The translations under genes and the position numbers were made by a program. A stretch of 64,000 bases of DNA, from positions 4,030,001 through 4,094,000 of the forward strand of contig OZ234494.1 in assembly GCA_965153455.1 (NCBI GenBank), read 5' to 3'. Origin of the DNA: Sphagnum compactum. Taxonomy: Eukaryota. Shown here piece by piece: positions 52,481 through 64,000 of the stretch; positions within the stretch are counted from its first letter, which is position 1, and each line of letters begins with the position of its first letter. Below the pieces are notes generated by a model. It did no database searches and was not told the DNA's origin. It saw only the letters and a list, made by a program, of their open reading frames with translations.

Positions 52481-52711
52481 TAAACCCACCACCCCACTTT
52501 TTTGAAAACCCACCATGTTGCCAAGTTTCTGAAGTTCAAAAACAAATAAACATATAAGTAAATAGAAATAAAAATGAAAATGAAAATACAGAATTAAATT
52601 TTTAAAAATTGGTTCTCATTTAATATTATAAAAAATAAAAAGTAAATAGCATAAGGAACTTGTCAACATTTCCAGCAGATTCCTTTCAATTTCTGGGCCT
52701 GCAAGAATTCC

Positions 52712-53070
52712 GTGAACCAGCACCCACCAGCACACCATGAAGGATGGATGGTAAGTGGTCAGGAAACAGTTTTCTGTTGGGTTCCAGTTCCCTAGTTAAC
52801 CATGGTGGTTAGCTCGGTTGCATTTTTTAAAACTATCTATTTACCAGGTAGTCAAAACAGCCCTTACCTATGTATAAACAGCCTACTTACCTAATAGTTA
52901 CCTATTTTCCTACCTATCTACCTACATATGAAACCTATTTCCTACAAAATTGGTTACCAAGGTGAAACCAAATATTAACTCAGTTGAGGCTCATCCACAA
53001 CTGAGTAAAAACACACATCCAGTGAACATCCAGTGGATGGTGCACTGGTGGGTGCTGGTTCACTATGGCC
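52712..53070. mobile_element. MITE-like element
   Basis: Perfect 19-bp inverted repeat gtgaaccagcacccaccag / ctggtgggtgctggttcac. Confidence 0.75.
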
Positions 53071-53175
53071 ATGACTGCTGGTTCAGTTAGGAGTTTGTCG
53101 AGGGAATCTTTTTCTTGAGAAAGGGCAGTTCCGTTAAGTTAACGATGAAACCCTCGCAAACTTCATTAATTAATT

Positions 53176-53510
53176 AAGGGGGTGTGTCACCACTGTGGCC
53201 TTGCCATTTTACATTTAAAAGTATCTTACAAAGGCAAAAGAAGAATTATGGAAACTCAAATATTTCATCATGCAAAAATATAGTCTTCAAAAAAAATCCT
53301 CTAAAAAAAATCAAATTCCTTCGGATTATAACTCTATAACTTAACTCAAGTTTTTAACACAAGCCAAAATATCATCTTTCAAAACTCCTCACATAAAAAT
53401 AGACTTATTATTATTACCTAGGGGGGCCAAAATCCCTTAAGCTACTATACTCTATAATGAATCTAAACCCAATATCCTTAAGGGCCTTGGTAGTAGGCAA
53501 GGCCAACAAA
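53176..53510 (-). mobile_element. Family A copy, complete reference copy
   Basis: SubTIRs tggccttgcc / ggcaaggcca and terminal hairpin ggccttg-gtagtagg-caaggcc. Confidence 0.88.
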
Positions 53511-54489
53511 GCACCCCGCAACAATGAAAAAGAAGGAACAAATAGAGAGGACCAAAGTCCGAGCCCAAATGTTAACACTTTGTTTGGCCATGCCAGGACT
53601 GGGCCTTCACTGGGCTTTATACCTAATGGACAGAAATACGTGATTTTCAACCTCATAGGTATGTAAAATAGTTAGTAAGTTAAAGTTGAAGTATGAATTT
53701 CATGCTTTGGACTTGAAGCTCCCGCTGTAAGTAAGGGGAGGTAAATGATTCAATATTTCACTTATTTCAAAAATTTACTCCATTATTACACATCTCATTT
53801 TTTAATTCATTCATATGTAGTTTTTGTTTAACTACACTTATAATCTTATGTTAAGGAATATGAATTGTTATGTATAGAGTAATTGAAGTAATTCAAAATT
53901 CAATTATGTTCAAAATTGAGTAAAATTAATGTAAATACCAATGTTGTGTGAGTACTTGGGTGATCGAATTACTCAGGTTCTGTTTCAATTATGAATACCC
54001 ATAACCTAATCAAAATTGGGTATTATTATAGAACCATGTTGGAAGAAGAACCAAGGTTAGTTTAGGTTCCAAGAACCAGTTGAAAACCAACGTCTGCTTC
54101 CAAGGTTTCAAAAAAAATGGAACCAAACCAAAGTTCATTTCTTAAGTAGTGTACTTGAAAACCCTTGTTAGAACCAAATTGATTTTGTTTTTTAAATCTA
54201 GTTACAATTCTAGTCCTTGGTTTAGGCTGGGGGGGAGGTGGTTTAGGGTTTTTTGTTTTTTATTTTCTCATTTTCTCTCCACTATTTTCATTTTCTTTCT
54301 TCTTTATTCCTCATCCTTATTTATGGTTAGTGTTGCATTCGTCTTTTCATTTCAAAAACAAACACACATTGGATTTTCTTCATGGCATTCTTGGTTGTGG
54401 ATCATCTTCATGGGCTTCATTTTTCACATTGGTTTACATCTTCGCGAATGAGTATTTGTTTATGTTTTTCGCATGTTTTTTTTCAATTG

Positions 54490-55040
54490 CATTACCATCA
54501 CCTTCTTTTTTGCTCCTCCTAGTCATGACCACCTTGTTGGTCTTTTGGTCATGGTTCTCGACTTTCATCACCATCACTCCTTATTTATTCCTCCTAATGA
54601 TCACCTTGTTGGTCTCTTGGTTGTGATCGTTTTATTGGTCTCTTGGTCATGGTTCTTGCCGCTAATCATTGTCACATTTTTATGTGTTCCTCTTAGTCAT
54701 GGTCACCTTGTTGGTCTTCTAGTTGTGATTCCTCATTCATTGTCATTGCCCTTTTTTTAATCCTTGTAGTTGTGATCGCCTTGTTGGTCTTATAGTCATG
54801 GTTCCTATGGTTCATCGTCATCACCTTATTTTTTGATCATCCTAGTTGTGATGACCTTGTTGGTCTCTTAGTCATGGTTTTTCATTCATCATCATTGCCT
54901 TCTTCTCTACTTTTCCTAATCATAATTTCCTTATTAGTCTTTTAGTTGTGGTTTTTCACTCATCATTGTTATGTTCTTTTTTGCTCATATTGGTTGTGGT
55001 CACCCTATTGGTCTTTTGGTCACAATTCTTGATGTTCATC
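54490..55040. repeat. Degenerate tandem repeat with a recurring caccttgttggtct..t.gtcatggtt motif
   Basis: The motif recurs about 8-9 times at roughly 60-80-bp spacing. Confidence 0.75.
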
Positions 55041-57651
55041 ACTGTTAGATTATTGTAATTAAAAATTTTAAATTTAAAAATGGTATACCCTCAAGGTCCT
55101 CAATTCAAATTAACTATTCATTAGATGAAAACCATGTCGTGTCCTTTGCTAGTATGCCTAACTTGAGCGTATTACCAATAGCTTGTTAGTTTAGTTTGTT
55201 GTTATGTTCCAACAAAAAAAATTATAAATTAAATATTACAAGTAACTCAAATATGTTGTTTGAAATAGTTCAATAGCCTTGCTTGATTTCTAATCTTCAA
55301 TTTGTAGCCAAGCGTGAAACTTTGGCCATCATATTGGTATTTGCATAAAAAATATTACCTATTAAAATTAATGAATTATTTCATGAAAATCCATCCATGC
55401 CTACCTAGGGACCTACTTACTTAGGTTATGGGATACCCAAGGGTTATTTAGGATATTAAAAAAACCTACCTAGGGGGTTAGTTAGGGATTTATTGGGTTA
55501 AGGGATAACCAATAGTTGCTTAGGGTGTTATCTAGGGCTAGCTCATAATGTAATAAGGGGCTACATAGGCCTACCTAGGGGGCTATCTAGGATAAGGACT
55601 TTGAAAAGCTTACATATACATAAGGCCTAGTACCTAAAAAGCTACATAAGGATTACCTACGGAAACACCTAGGGGCCTACTTTAGTAATGGGATACTTAA
55701 GGGCTATTTAGGGCACTACATAAGACTTGATTAAGGACGATCTATAAAGACAACTAAAGGCCTACCTATGTTATGGCCTACGTAAGGGACCATAGGTAGA
55801 TCATATGTAGCCAACCCCTAAGTAGGTCCTACCTAGTTAGCCTCCTACCCTATGTGGCAATAACCTAGGTAAACTATATAGTGTGGTTAGAATTGAAATT
55901 ATGGTAACCACTTGGGGGTGTTCATCTTTAGCTTTGAGGAATGATCTCCACTTTGGTACACTTTATGGATAGGTCAAAAGGGAGGATGAATGGGTAAAAT
56001 GACACTCAAAGTGCGCATAATTTTATGCATAACTTTATTATCTCATTTTTAAAAAAACTAAAATTTAAATGATGATACATATATAAATGGGCAATTAACC
56101 ATAACATAGAAATAATAATAATAATAATAATAATATAGTCCCATTCATCATCTTCACAAAAGGTTATGATGTTAAAATTTCAAGGTTTAACCAAGTTAAC
56201 ACATGGTATATGTTAATCCAATGTGGAAAAAAATTTAATATAACGTATTTATTAAACACTTGGTATTAGTTATTAGAAGGTTCAATTAATAGATTAATAG
56301 TGAATTAATCTTAGTAATAAATGCCAAAAAAACTTTTAAAACAGTTGTAACTAATGTTTTAACTACTTTGAAGACTTGTAAAATGACTTGGAAAGATTTA
56401 TAGATATATATATATCATTTAAATATTTAAAAAAATAATTAAAATTCCGTAATGATGAAATATATTAATATGAAAATCTTCCAAATTAAACAATCACTTA
56501 AGGGGGCATATTTTGTTCATTATGTTATGTTTGGACCTTTAAACAACTTGCAAACTATAATAAAGAGCAAGGCAACAATGATAACAAAAGAAAAAGAAAA
56601 AATGGTAGTGACATTGAATTGACTAAAGGGAATAGTGACAAGAGGGGTTTCAATTGTTACAAGTCAAAGAAGTGATGGGCACAATTGCCATGGGGATGAA
56701 TGTGACACCTTTTAGATGATGATCAAGTTATGACGTCCAAAACCTAAAGGCCTTTGCAAAAGTGGCCACAATAGGATCAATTCACGATTGTTGATGTGGC
56801 CCTTGTTACATCAACAATTGTTGAAAGTGGGTAATTTCAACCTAGTGTGATGGCCCAAAATAACCTTAAGAGGTAGAAGACCCGTATTTGGAGGTGCAAA
56901 AATGTTAAAATTTTCCTTGAAAAAAACCTTGTTGTGACATTAAAACTTTGGGCATGCTTATGAGATAAATTGTTGCAATGTCAATTGATGCATTTTACAT
57001 CATCCATCAAAAAGAAGATTTTTTTATTTTTATGGGGGCATATAATACTTCTTAGGAAACATGAAAAACTATTAGGTCTTGTTTTCCCTTTTGATTCATT
57101 AATTCTAATGTTAAATTGACCATCAAACACCCTTGTTAACAAGCCTTGTCAATTTCCTAGACCTAACCATTGTTAATTCAATTAAGCGAATAGGGTTTGA
57201 TTGTTTTGAGTCCAAGTTAGCCCATGGCCTCTCAATTTTAGGTGTAATATGAAATTAAATCAATCTTTTTGGCACAACTGAACATTTTGAAACACACTAT
57301 AACTTTGGGCAAAAATTTTGCATGAAATTAGTGTTCATGCAACCCTTGCTTGACCAAACGTTATTGGTGCAACAATCATTTTAATGGACATCATCAAAAT
57401 ATGAAAGATGTTTTTAAAATTTGAGTTTCATAAAAGTAAACTTAAATTTTTTTTAAAACCTTGGACATGCTTCTTTTTTCTATAACTATAAGGGCTTTGG
57501 AGCAATGTTGCAAAGTCTTGACATGGAATAGAGGCGTTCAAACAATAAAATACCTCCATTCCTTGACTATTTGCATTTTTGCATTTTGTGTTGTTCATGT
57601 GTTTTCTAACACAAATTTTACATTGTCTGAATCATTCCACTCATTTATTAA

Positions 57652-60402
57652 GAGCATCTCCACTGCCACTGCACTAATTATCCCACTATTAATTAATTAT
57701 TGACATTTTTACCAACCTTCTAAAATTGGCCACTACCAAAAATAATTCTCATCCCCACCCATCATTTGCAAATCTTCATGTTAAATGAATAATGTGGGAT
57801 AATGCCTTGCATTGGTGATGCCCAATTGGGTTGCGTGTTAAACTTATGATTCTTTTCATGTTCTCTTGTTTCTTTGTAATTGGGTTTTAACACATTGTGG
57901 CATACAAATGGTGCACTTGGAGCTCTTTGAATTTTGTTTTGTGTAATGCAAGGATGCATGTGGGCACTTAAGCATTTCTTCCATCCAAAAATGCATAGTA
58001 GCCTTGTGAATGTTAGCATATGGCATTGCAATAGATGCCATTAATGAATATGGTTGTTTGGCATAAACCACCACCACAAAATGCTTGAAGCATTTTGTCA
58101 AAGCAAATCATAAGATTTTTGAACTATTGCTTGCAACAACCATTGCATCTTGATTTGGAGAAGCAACTCATAATCAATGCAAACAACGATTTCCTTGGGA
58201 TGCTTGCATTACTGGATTGTATGCGTTATAGATGGAAAAATTTCCACGTTGCATGGCATAAACAAAAATCTATTATTTAAAAAGCAATTGCTGATCAATC
58301 ATTGTGGATATGGCATGTTTATTTGGGGTTACACGAATGCAACAATAATTTGAATGTGTTTGACCAATCCCCTTTGGTTGCAAATTCCTTGCAAGGTCTA
58401 GGGAATGATGTCAACTTCATAGTGAATCAAAGGGTTATGGATGTTTCTATTTACTTATTGATGAGATTTATCCAAGGTGGTTGATTTTTGTTCAAATGAT
58501 CCATGAATTGCAAGGAAAGAAATGGCAACATTTTACAAAATGTTAAGAAAGCACATCAAAGGATGTCAAACATTGTTTTGGGGTTCTCCAAGCCAGATTT
58601 CAAGTTATTGCAAATCCCAATAAACAATGGAATAGAGAGGTGATAGCAAATGGGTCGAAACACACTCAAAGGAGCCACAAAGGGCGTTGGATGTTAGATT
58701 CTATCATAAAAAAATAAAATGTATTTTTTTATATATCATTTGAAACCATGGTAATCATAACACATTATCTTTTTTTAACACGCATGAATGTCAAGAAACT
58801 CAAATTAAAATCCATATGATCAAATTTTAAGTTTTAGTTTAATTAAGGACTTTTGATGTGAAAATTTCTCATTAAAAATGACATTTTTACAAAGGATTTT
58901 CAAAGGACTTATATAATAAAAGTAAGTTAATGGTAAAAAAAATGAGATGATAATAACCTATTAGACACACTAAAAAAAATTCACAATTAAAAAAATGTGG
59001 AATTCTAAAATTCTACAATTTGAAAAAATGCTCACATTTAAAGTTTTCACAAATGACACAAATGCCATAAAAGTTGTTGATGCCCACTTTAGACTCAGAA
59101 ACAACCTCATTGAACACTTGTGAACATTTAAAGGCAACAACTTGCATTGAAAAATTTTAATTTTTTTACAAGCCTGGATGTTTTAATGCATGCCTATAGG
59201 TTTGAATGTCTATCTAAACGCAATATCTATTGTTTCTTCTTCTACTTGTGTGGTCTATGTACAAGGTTCAAAATTGTGGCAATGAATGTTTGGGGTGGTT
59301 AGAGTTGTGACCAAAACTTGTGTCTTTATCTTCAAATGCAGTCAAAGTTTTTGGAGTTTTTTACACCTTCATAACTTTAAAGTAGTCTCATGCCTCCTCT
59401 AAGACTAGTTGATATTCGTGCATGGTGAGCAATGTCATGGTTGTTTGGTCTTCCGGGATGATGATTTTCCTCAAGGTTGTTAAAGCCATGCTTGTAGTTA
59501 CCTGCATTGGAGTTTTAATAACAATTTTTTTGAACTTGTTCATTTTATTAGCCTCTTTAGTAGCTTTCAAGTCTTGAGGCCTTTTCTATGTGATCTCTAG
59601 GGAATTTGGATTTTCCAAGTTGTGAAGTATTTCTACTTCACCCCTTTTTACATACTTTGAATTTTTAAGGTTTCACAAGTGGTGTCTTGCACACATCTTT
59701 TCACATGTTTACCCACCATGGTGCGTTTTTGAAAAGGAGTTAATAATGTATAAAAATGAAAGACGAATGCTTTGGGTGTTTGCTTTTGTAAAACTCTAAT
59801 GGCTTTTACAATGTGTTTTCTTAGAATGTGCCAAATTCATTAAAAAAAACAATAGACCCATGGCAACCCACAAACTTGGAGACTTTGTGTTTAATCACCC
59901 CCCATTTTGATTCAAATTTCTTGTTAGTCTTTTTACAAATGTTGAAGGTTGATTATTGTAATGTTGTTGCACCATGTCCCAAAATGTTGTTGATTTTTGT
60001 CCATTGCTTAGTCATAAGGTCCTACAAAATGTGGAGATAGGATTTCCAAAGTTGACAATTTTCTTCAACAACAAAGTTTTTCCTCTTTTTTTTACTTTGT
60101 ATTTGATGTCACAAGAGGTGTGATGCATGAAATGCGCCAAGCTCTAAAGGCTTGATGGGTGCATTGACAAATTTGTGTGATGCCATGGCTTCTTCCTTAT
60201 GATGTCAGAAATGGTTAGATATTAGGTTTGGAAAAATTTAGTATCTTATGCAAAAGTGTCAACAAAAACACAAAAATATTATAGGTTCGGAAGACCTTAT
60301 TTTGGGTGGAAGCATTGGTGGGGTTCTAATTTTCAACTTTTTTCTTCTCACATGAAAGTTTACCATCGGGGAGGTGTTTACTATGATCCCACGGAGATGC
60401 CC
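57652..60402 (+). mobile_element. Decayed full-length PIF/Harbinger transposon (2751 bp): transposase remnant ~57800-59140 (+) and convergent Myb/SANT-like gene remnant ~59340-60080 (-)
   Basis: Termini TAA|GAGCATCTCC ... GGAGATGCCC|TAA. Transposase motifs: SIQKCIVAL*MLAYG, FLGMLALLDCM..RWKN, LWIWHVYLG, NLNVFDQSPL, YLLIDEIYPRW, KDVKHCFGVLQARF, LRNNLIEHL. Minus-strand motifs: NGQKSTTFW, ESKWGVIKHKVSKFVGC, FIHY*LLFKNAPWW, KRPQDLKATK. Confidence 0.9.
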
Positions 60403-61827
60403 TAAATTGATTGGTATGTGATATGTGCATGTAAACAATTTCATTTTTTTGCAACTTGAACTTCATTGCAAATTACCCAATATTGGGTTATTTTTTTCAT
60501 AAGCAACATCCTCCTACAATGTAGGACCTTCTAGACTTGGATGTAATTCCCTTCGGATACATGTAGTTAGTTGTATTCTACTAAATTTTTCATGTGATTG
60601 CCATTTTTTCCACATTGGATTAAAGTTGTTTGATAACTTTTCTACATGGAATTGCATATGGTTGCCATTTTATTTACATTGATTCTAGATGATTATTATT
60701 TTGTATACATAAAATTCCATGCGAATTGCCTTTTCAATTTGATTTTGGAGATTGTTTTTTAACACTACTTGAACATACGAAATCACTTGATCACCTTAAT
60801 TTTTTTGGGGGTTGCCAATTTGACATACTTGAATTGCTTAGAAGTAGTCACATGTGTCATTTACCAATTTTGAATAAAAGAAACACTTTAGTCACAACTA
60901 ATGTTGGTTAGGTTGAGATCTTTTAAAGGAATCATGGGGGCTTGGTTTCATGTTTCACAAAAAAATATGATTAATTGGTTCTGGGTTTAGGAAATATTCT
61001 CAGAAACTAAAACTCATTGGTTCCAAGGTCAAGTCTTGTTTTTTGAATTGTCAATTCCAAGTCAACAATTCTACATTTTATGAGGCCTCTTAGTTCCTAG
61101 GTTCAAGGTAGGGTCAATTTAAAACCTTGTTGTGGTGTTTGGTAACACTCAAAAGGAAATCCCCTTCCTCTCTCCCAAAAAAAAAAAAGAAAAACCAAAA
61201 TTTCAAGACTAACAAAAACAAATGTCATGTGACAATCACAAAAAGTTGATGTTGAAATGTTGAAAAGAGAAGAAAAGAAGAAGGATGTCAATTGACACAA
61301 AACATAGTTTGTTTGATATGCATAGATTATCTTGTAAATAAAGTATCAAATTTTAAATTGTGGGCGATTTGGTTATGGGCACCTACCTACTTTCTACCAA
61401 TTTTTGTATGGGTCGCTTGTGATAGTTAGTGATTGCATAATGAATCTTGAGTGGAAGAATGAATGTTGAAGTAATGATCTAGTATCAAAACAAGTAGCTA
61501 ACTTTGCAAGGGAAGATATCTTGGAATTTATGGAGAGATTCAAAGTTTAAAAGCATGAGTGAAAGAAATAAGTCCATGATGTGTAAAGACATGAAAAATA
61601 CTTATTTATTGTGGGAGGAGCACAAAGTGGCAGGCAATACATGAATTAGCCTAACTAATCTTATGGCTCTAAATTTAAACCTAAATTCTACCTAAATAAC
61701 CTATACCTACAACTAAGACCTGACCCCTACAAAAGTACTTCAAGACCCATGATTCTATTTTGGGCCATGTCCAATGTTCCATTACCTTTTTTGTTATGAT
61801 GGGCAAAACCGAGTGACTCCTTGCAAC

Positions 61828-62460
61828 AAGGGGTGCGTCACATTGTGGCCTTGCCATTCTATCTATGAAGGAAGGTAGTTTGTTTTGTTTAGTTTTGTAG
61901 TTATGAGATCCAGTGAACTGGGATGCTTCAGATCACGTTCTTTGTGTCTTTGGAAAGCTCTCGACAAGGCAGGGTGCATGGGCTTTGGTTCCATGGCGTT
62001 TCGACTTGCAGTGCAAAAAAGTTCTTGAATATTAAATGATTTCTTCACTGAAAATTAAATTAGATTGTAGCTGAAAATTTTGGAAGAATTGGAATGTGCC
62101 TTTGGTGTCGTTGGAAAGATCTTGATGAGCAAGATTTAATGGAATTTATTTGGAAAGATTTGGATTGAGAATGTGGGAGATATTGATTTTCAAGTGATTT
62201 ATGAACATTCTCAAATATATTTCACCATGCAAAAATATAATCTTCAAAAAATCCTCTAAAAGAAACCAAAACCCTTCAAGGTATTATAACTCTATAACTA
62301 AATCTCACAACCCAAAATCTCAATTTTTCGGAAATCCTCATATGTATAAAAAATATACCTATTATTATTATCTAGGGGGGCCAAAATGCCTTAAGCTACT
62401 ATACTCTATAATAAATCTAAACACAATATCCTTGCCTTGGTAGTAGGCAAGACCAACAAA
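61828..62460 (-). mobile_element. Family A copy split by a family B insertion
   Basis: Family A occupies 61828-61857 and resumes at ~62200-62460. Confidence 0.85.
61858..62200 (+). mobile_element. Family B copy, 3'-truncated, nested in family A
   Basis: tctatctatgaaggaaggtagtttg...gatattgattttcaagtgattt. Confidence 0.8.
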
Positions 62461-62659
62461 AAGCCAAAAAACTAATTAAATGACACTAACAAATAAGTAC
62501 AACTAGTAAACTTACATACAAAGACATCGGGCAATAATGGCTATCTTCAAAATTAAAAGTACTGGGCTAAATTGGCTTTTGGCCCAGTATTTTCTGCATC
62601 TGTAAGAGCATTTCAAGCATGGCGTAATTTCACATGCAAATTAGGTCAGAGTCTCTAAT

Positions 62660-62879
62660 GGTGTCATTCACACTTGATGTTAAATCAATGTTAATTGAAA
62701 ATCTAGGTGGCATCCTAGGTGGCACCCAATGTTAAATGGGGTCATAGCTTAATGTTAAGTGAATGTTAGTTTAACATAAAATCTTCACCATGAGTAGTAA
62801 AGTTTAATTCTTAAATGACTAGTATGGTGTTAAGGAACTCAACACTAGAGTCCCTAACATCATCAAGTGTGAATGCACC
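62660..62879 (+). mobile_element. MITE with TIR GGTGCATTCACACTTGATG, copy 1
   Basis: ggtgtcattcacacttgatg ... catcaagtgtgaatgcacc, followed by TTAA. Confidence 0.85.
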
Positions 62880-62908
62880 TTAAGTGAAATACGTAAATAC
62901 CTAGTAAA

Positions 62909-63139
62909 GGTGCGTTTGCACTTGGTGTTTAAGGACTCTAGTGTTGAGTCCCCTAACATCATCATGTTAGTCATTTAGAACTTAAAACTAGGTACCATAA
63001 ATGATAATTTTATGTTAAGCTAACATTCACTTAACATAAATTAAGCTATCACCTATTTAACATTGCATATATGCCACATAGGGTGCCACCTAGATTTTTC
63101 ATTTAATAACACTGACTTAACATCAAGTGTGAATGCACC
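62909..63139 (-). mobile_element. Same MITE family, copy 2, inverted relative to copy 1
   Basis: ggtgcgtttgcacttggtg ... catcaagtgtgaatgcacc; the internal sequence is the reverse complement of 62660-62879. Confidence 0.85.
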
Positions 63140-63562
63140 ACCATAAGTAGCCTCTAGTTGAAGTGAGAGCATCAAATTTCTTTCTGAAGGAAGTACACTA
63201 ACAATGAATATGAAGCATGTTCTCCATAAGGGCCTTTCAAAACTAATGAATCAACAAAGTGTACAACTTTCTGCAATTCAAGTTTTAACTCATCATTGTT
63301 TCTTCTCTCCAGAAAGAGCTACTTTTTTTGGGTCCCCATGAAAAGCTTGTTCCTTCTGTTTTAACCCCTGACTAGATCAACTTTACCTACCTAGGGTTTA
63401 GGGTTTAGGGTACAATAAGCTTTAGCAGAACATAATGGGGAAGGTTCAAAAGGAGAAGGTGCCAGGGTCACAAAATGATGTTTGCATTTATGCTTGTGCA
63501 GTGTACCTACTAGATACCATAATAATAGATAGTACCATGGCAGGTTCAATATTTCAGTGTCC

Positions 63563-63611
<49 letters not shown>

Positions 63612-64000
63612 ATATTTTATTTTGAAGAATCCATGTCTTTAAATATAATATTCCAGAATATTCCAAATTGTTATCTATATTCAATCACAATTTATTTTTT
63701 CTTTGAATAATAACATTTTCCAAAAATAATCTGCATTTCTGAAAATAATACAATTAGTGTAAAAGCAAGCTGCCAAGTAGTGTTTTTGGTTTTCCACAAA
63801 TTTTTGTCTATTTTTCAACCAGAAATTTGGGAACTTTTGGGAATTTTTCGAAAATTATAAACTAAACTAATTTTGCCTTTGGGGGGGGGGGGGGGGGTGT
63901 GGGGGGGAGAAATTAGTCAAAAAAATTATTTTGCAAAATTGAAAAAGAAAAGAAAATAAAAAACCCCCCTGATGCCAAGGTACTACAGTATAATAACAAG

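Noticed and set aside
54149-54760. Hydrophobic ~100-aa ORFs
   Set aside because: They arise from T-rich degenerate tandem repeats.
63391-63409. Telomere-like TTTAGGG repeats (also ~43065-43092 and ~25498-25523)
   Set aside because: Only 2-3 units; ordinary interstitial telo-box motifs, not a telomere or fusion site.

Overview
Eukaryotic nuclear DNA from a land plant. The Lin28-like cold-shock gene, microsatellite-rich UTRs and repeat landscape suggest a moss such as Sphagnum (inference). Six complete protein-coding genes can be reconstructed: complex I subunit B14.7/NDUFA11 (-), a cold-shock-domain/2xCCHC protein (-), CBP60 (-, with a GC-AG intron), a conserved plastid-targeted protein of unknown function (+), a plastid-type MATE transporter (+) and plastid pyruvate kinase alpha (+). 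A probable seventh gene start runs off the left edge. The intergenic DNA is dense with DNA transposons. The most notable signal is a rolling-circle set: a decayed PIF1-helicase + AP-endonuclease (Helentron-like) coding remnant, five copies of a ~330-bp element with DINE-1/HINE-like architecture, and four copies of a canonical non-autonomous Helitron. Also present are a decayed full-length PIF/Harbinger with TIRs, a TAA target duplication and matching MITEs, several other MITE/foldback families, and tandem arrays next to gene starts. All calls were made by eye; no database searches were run.
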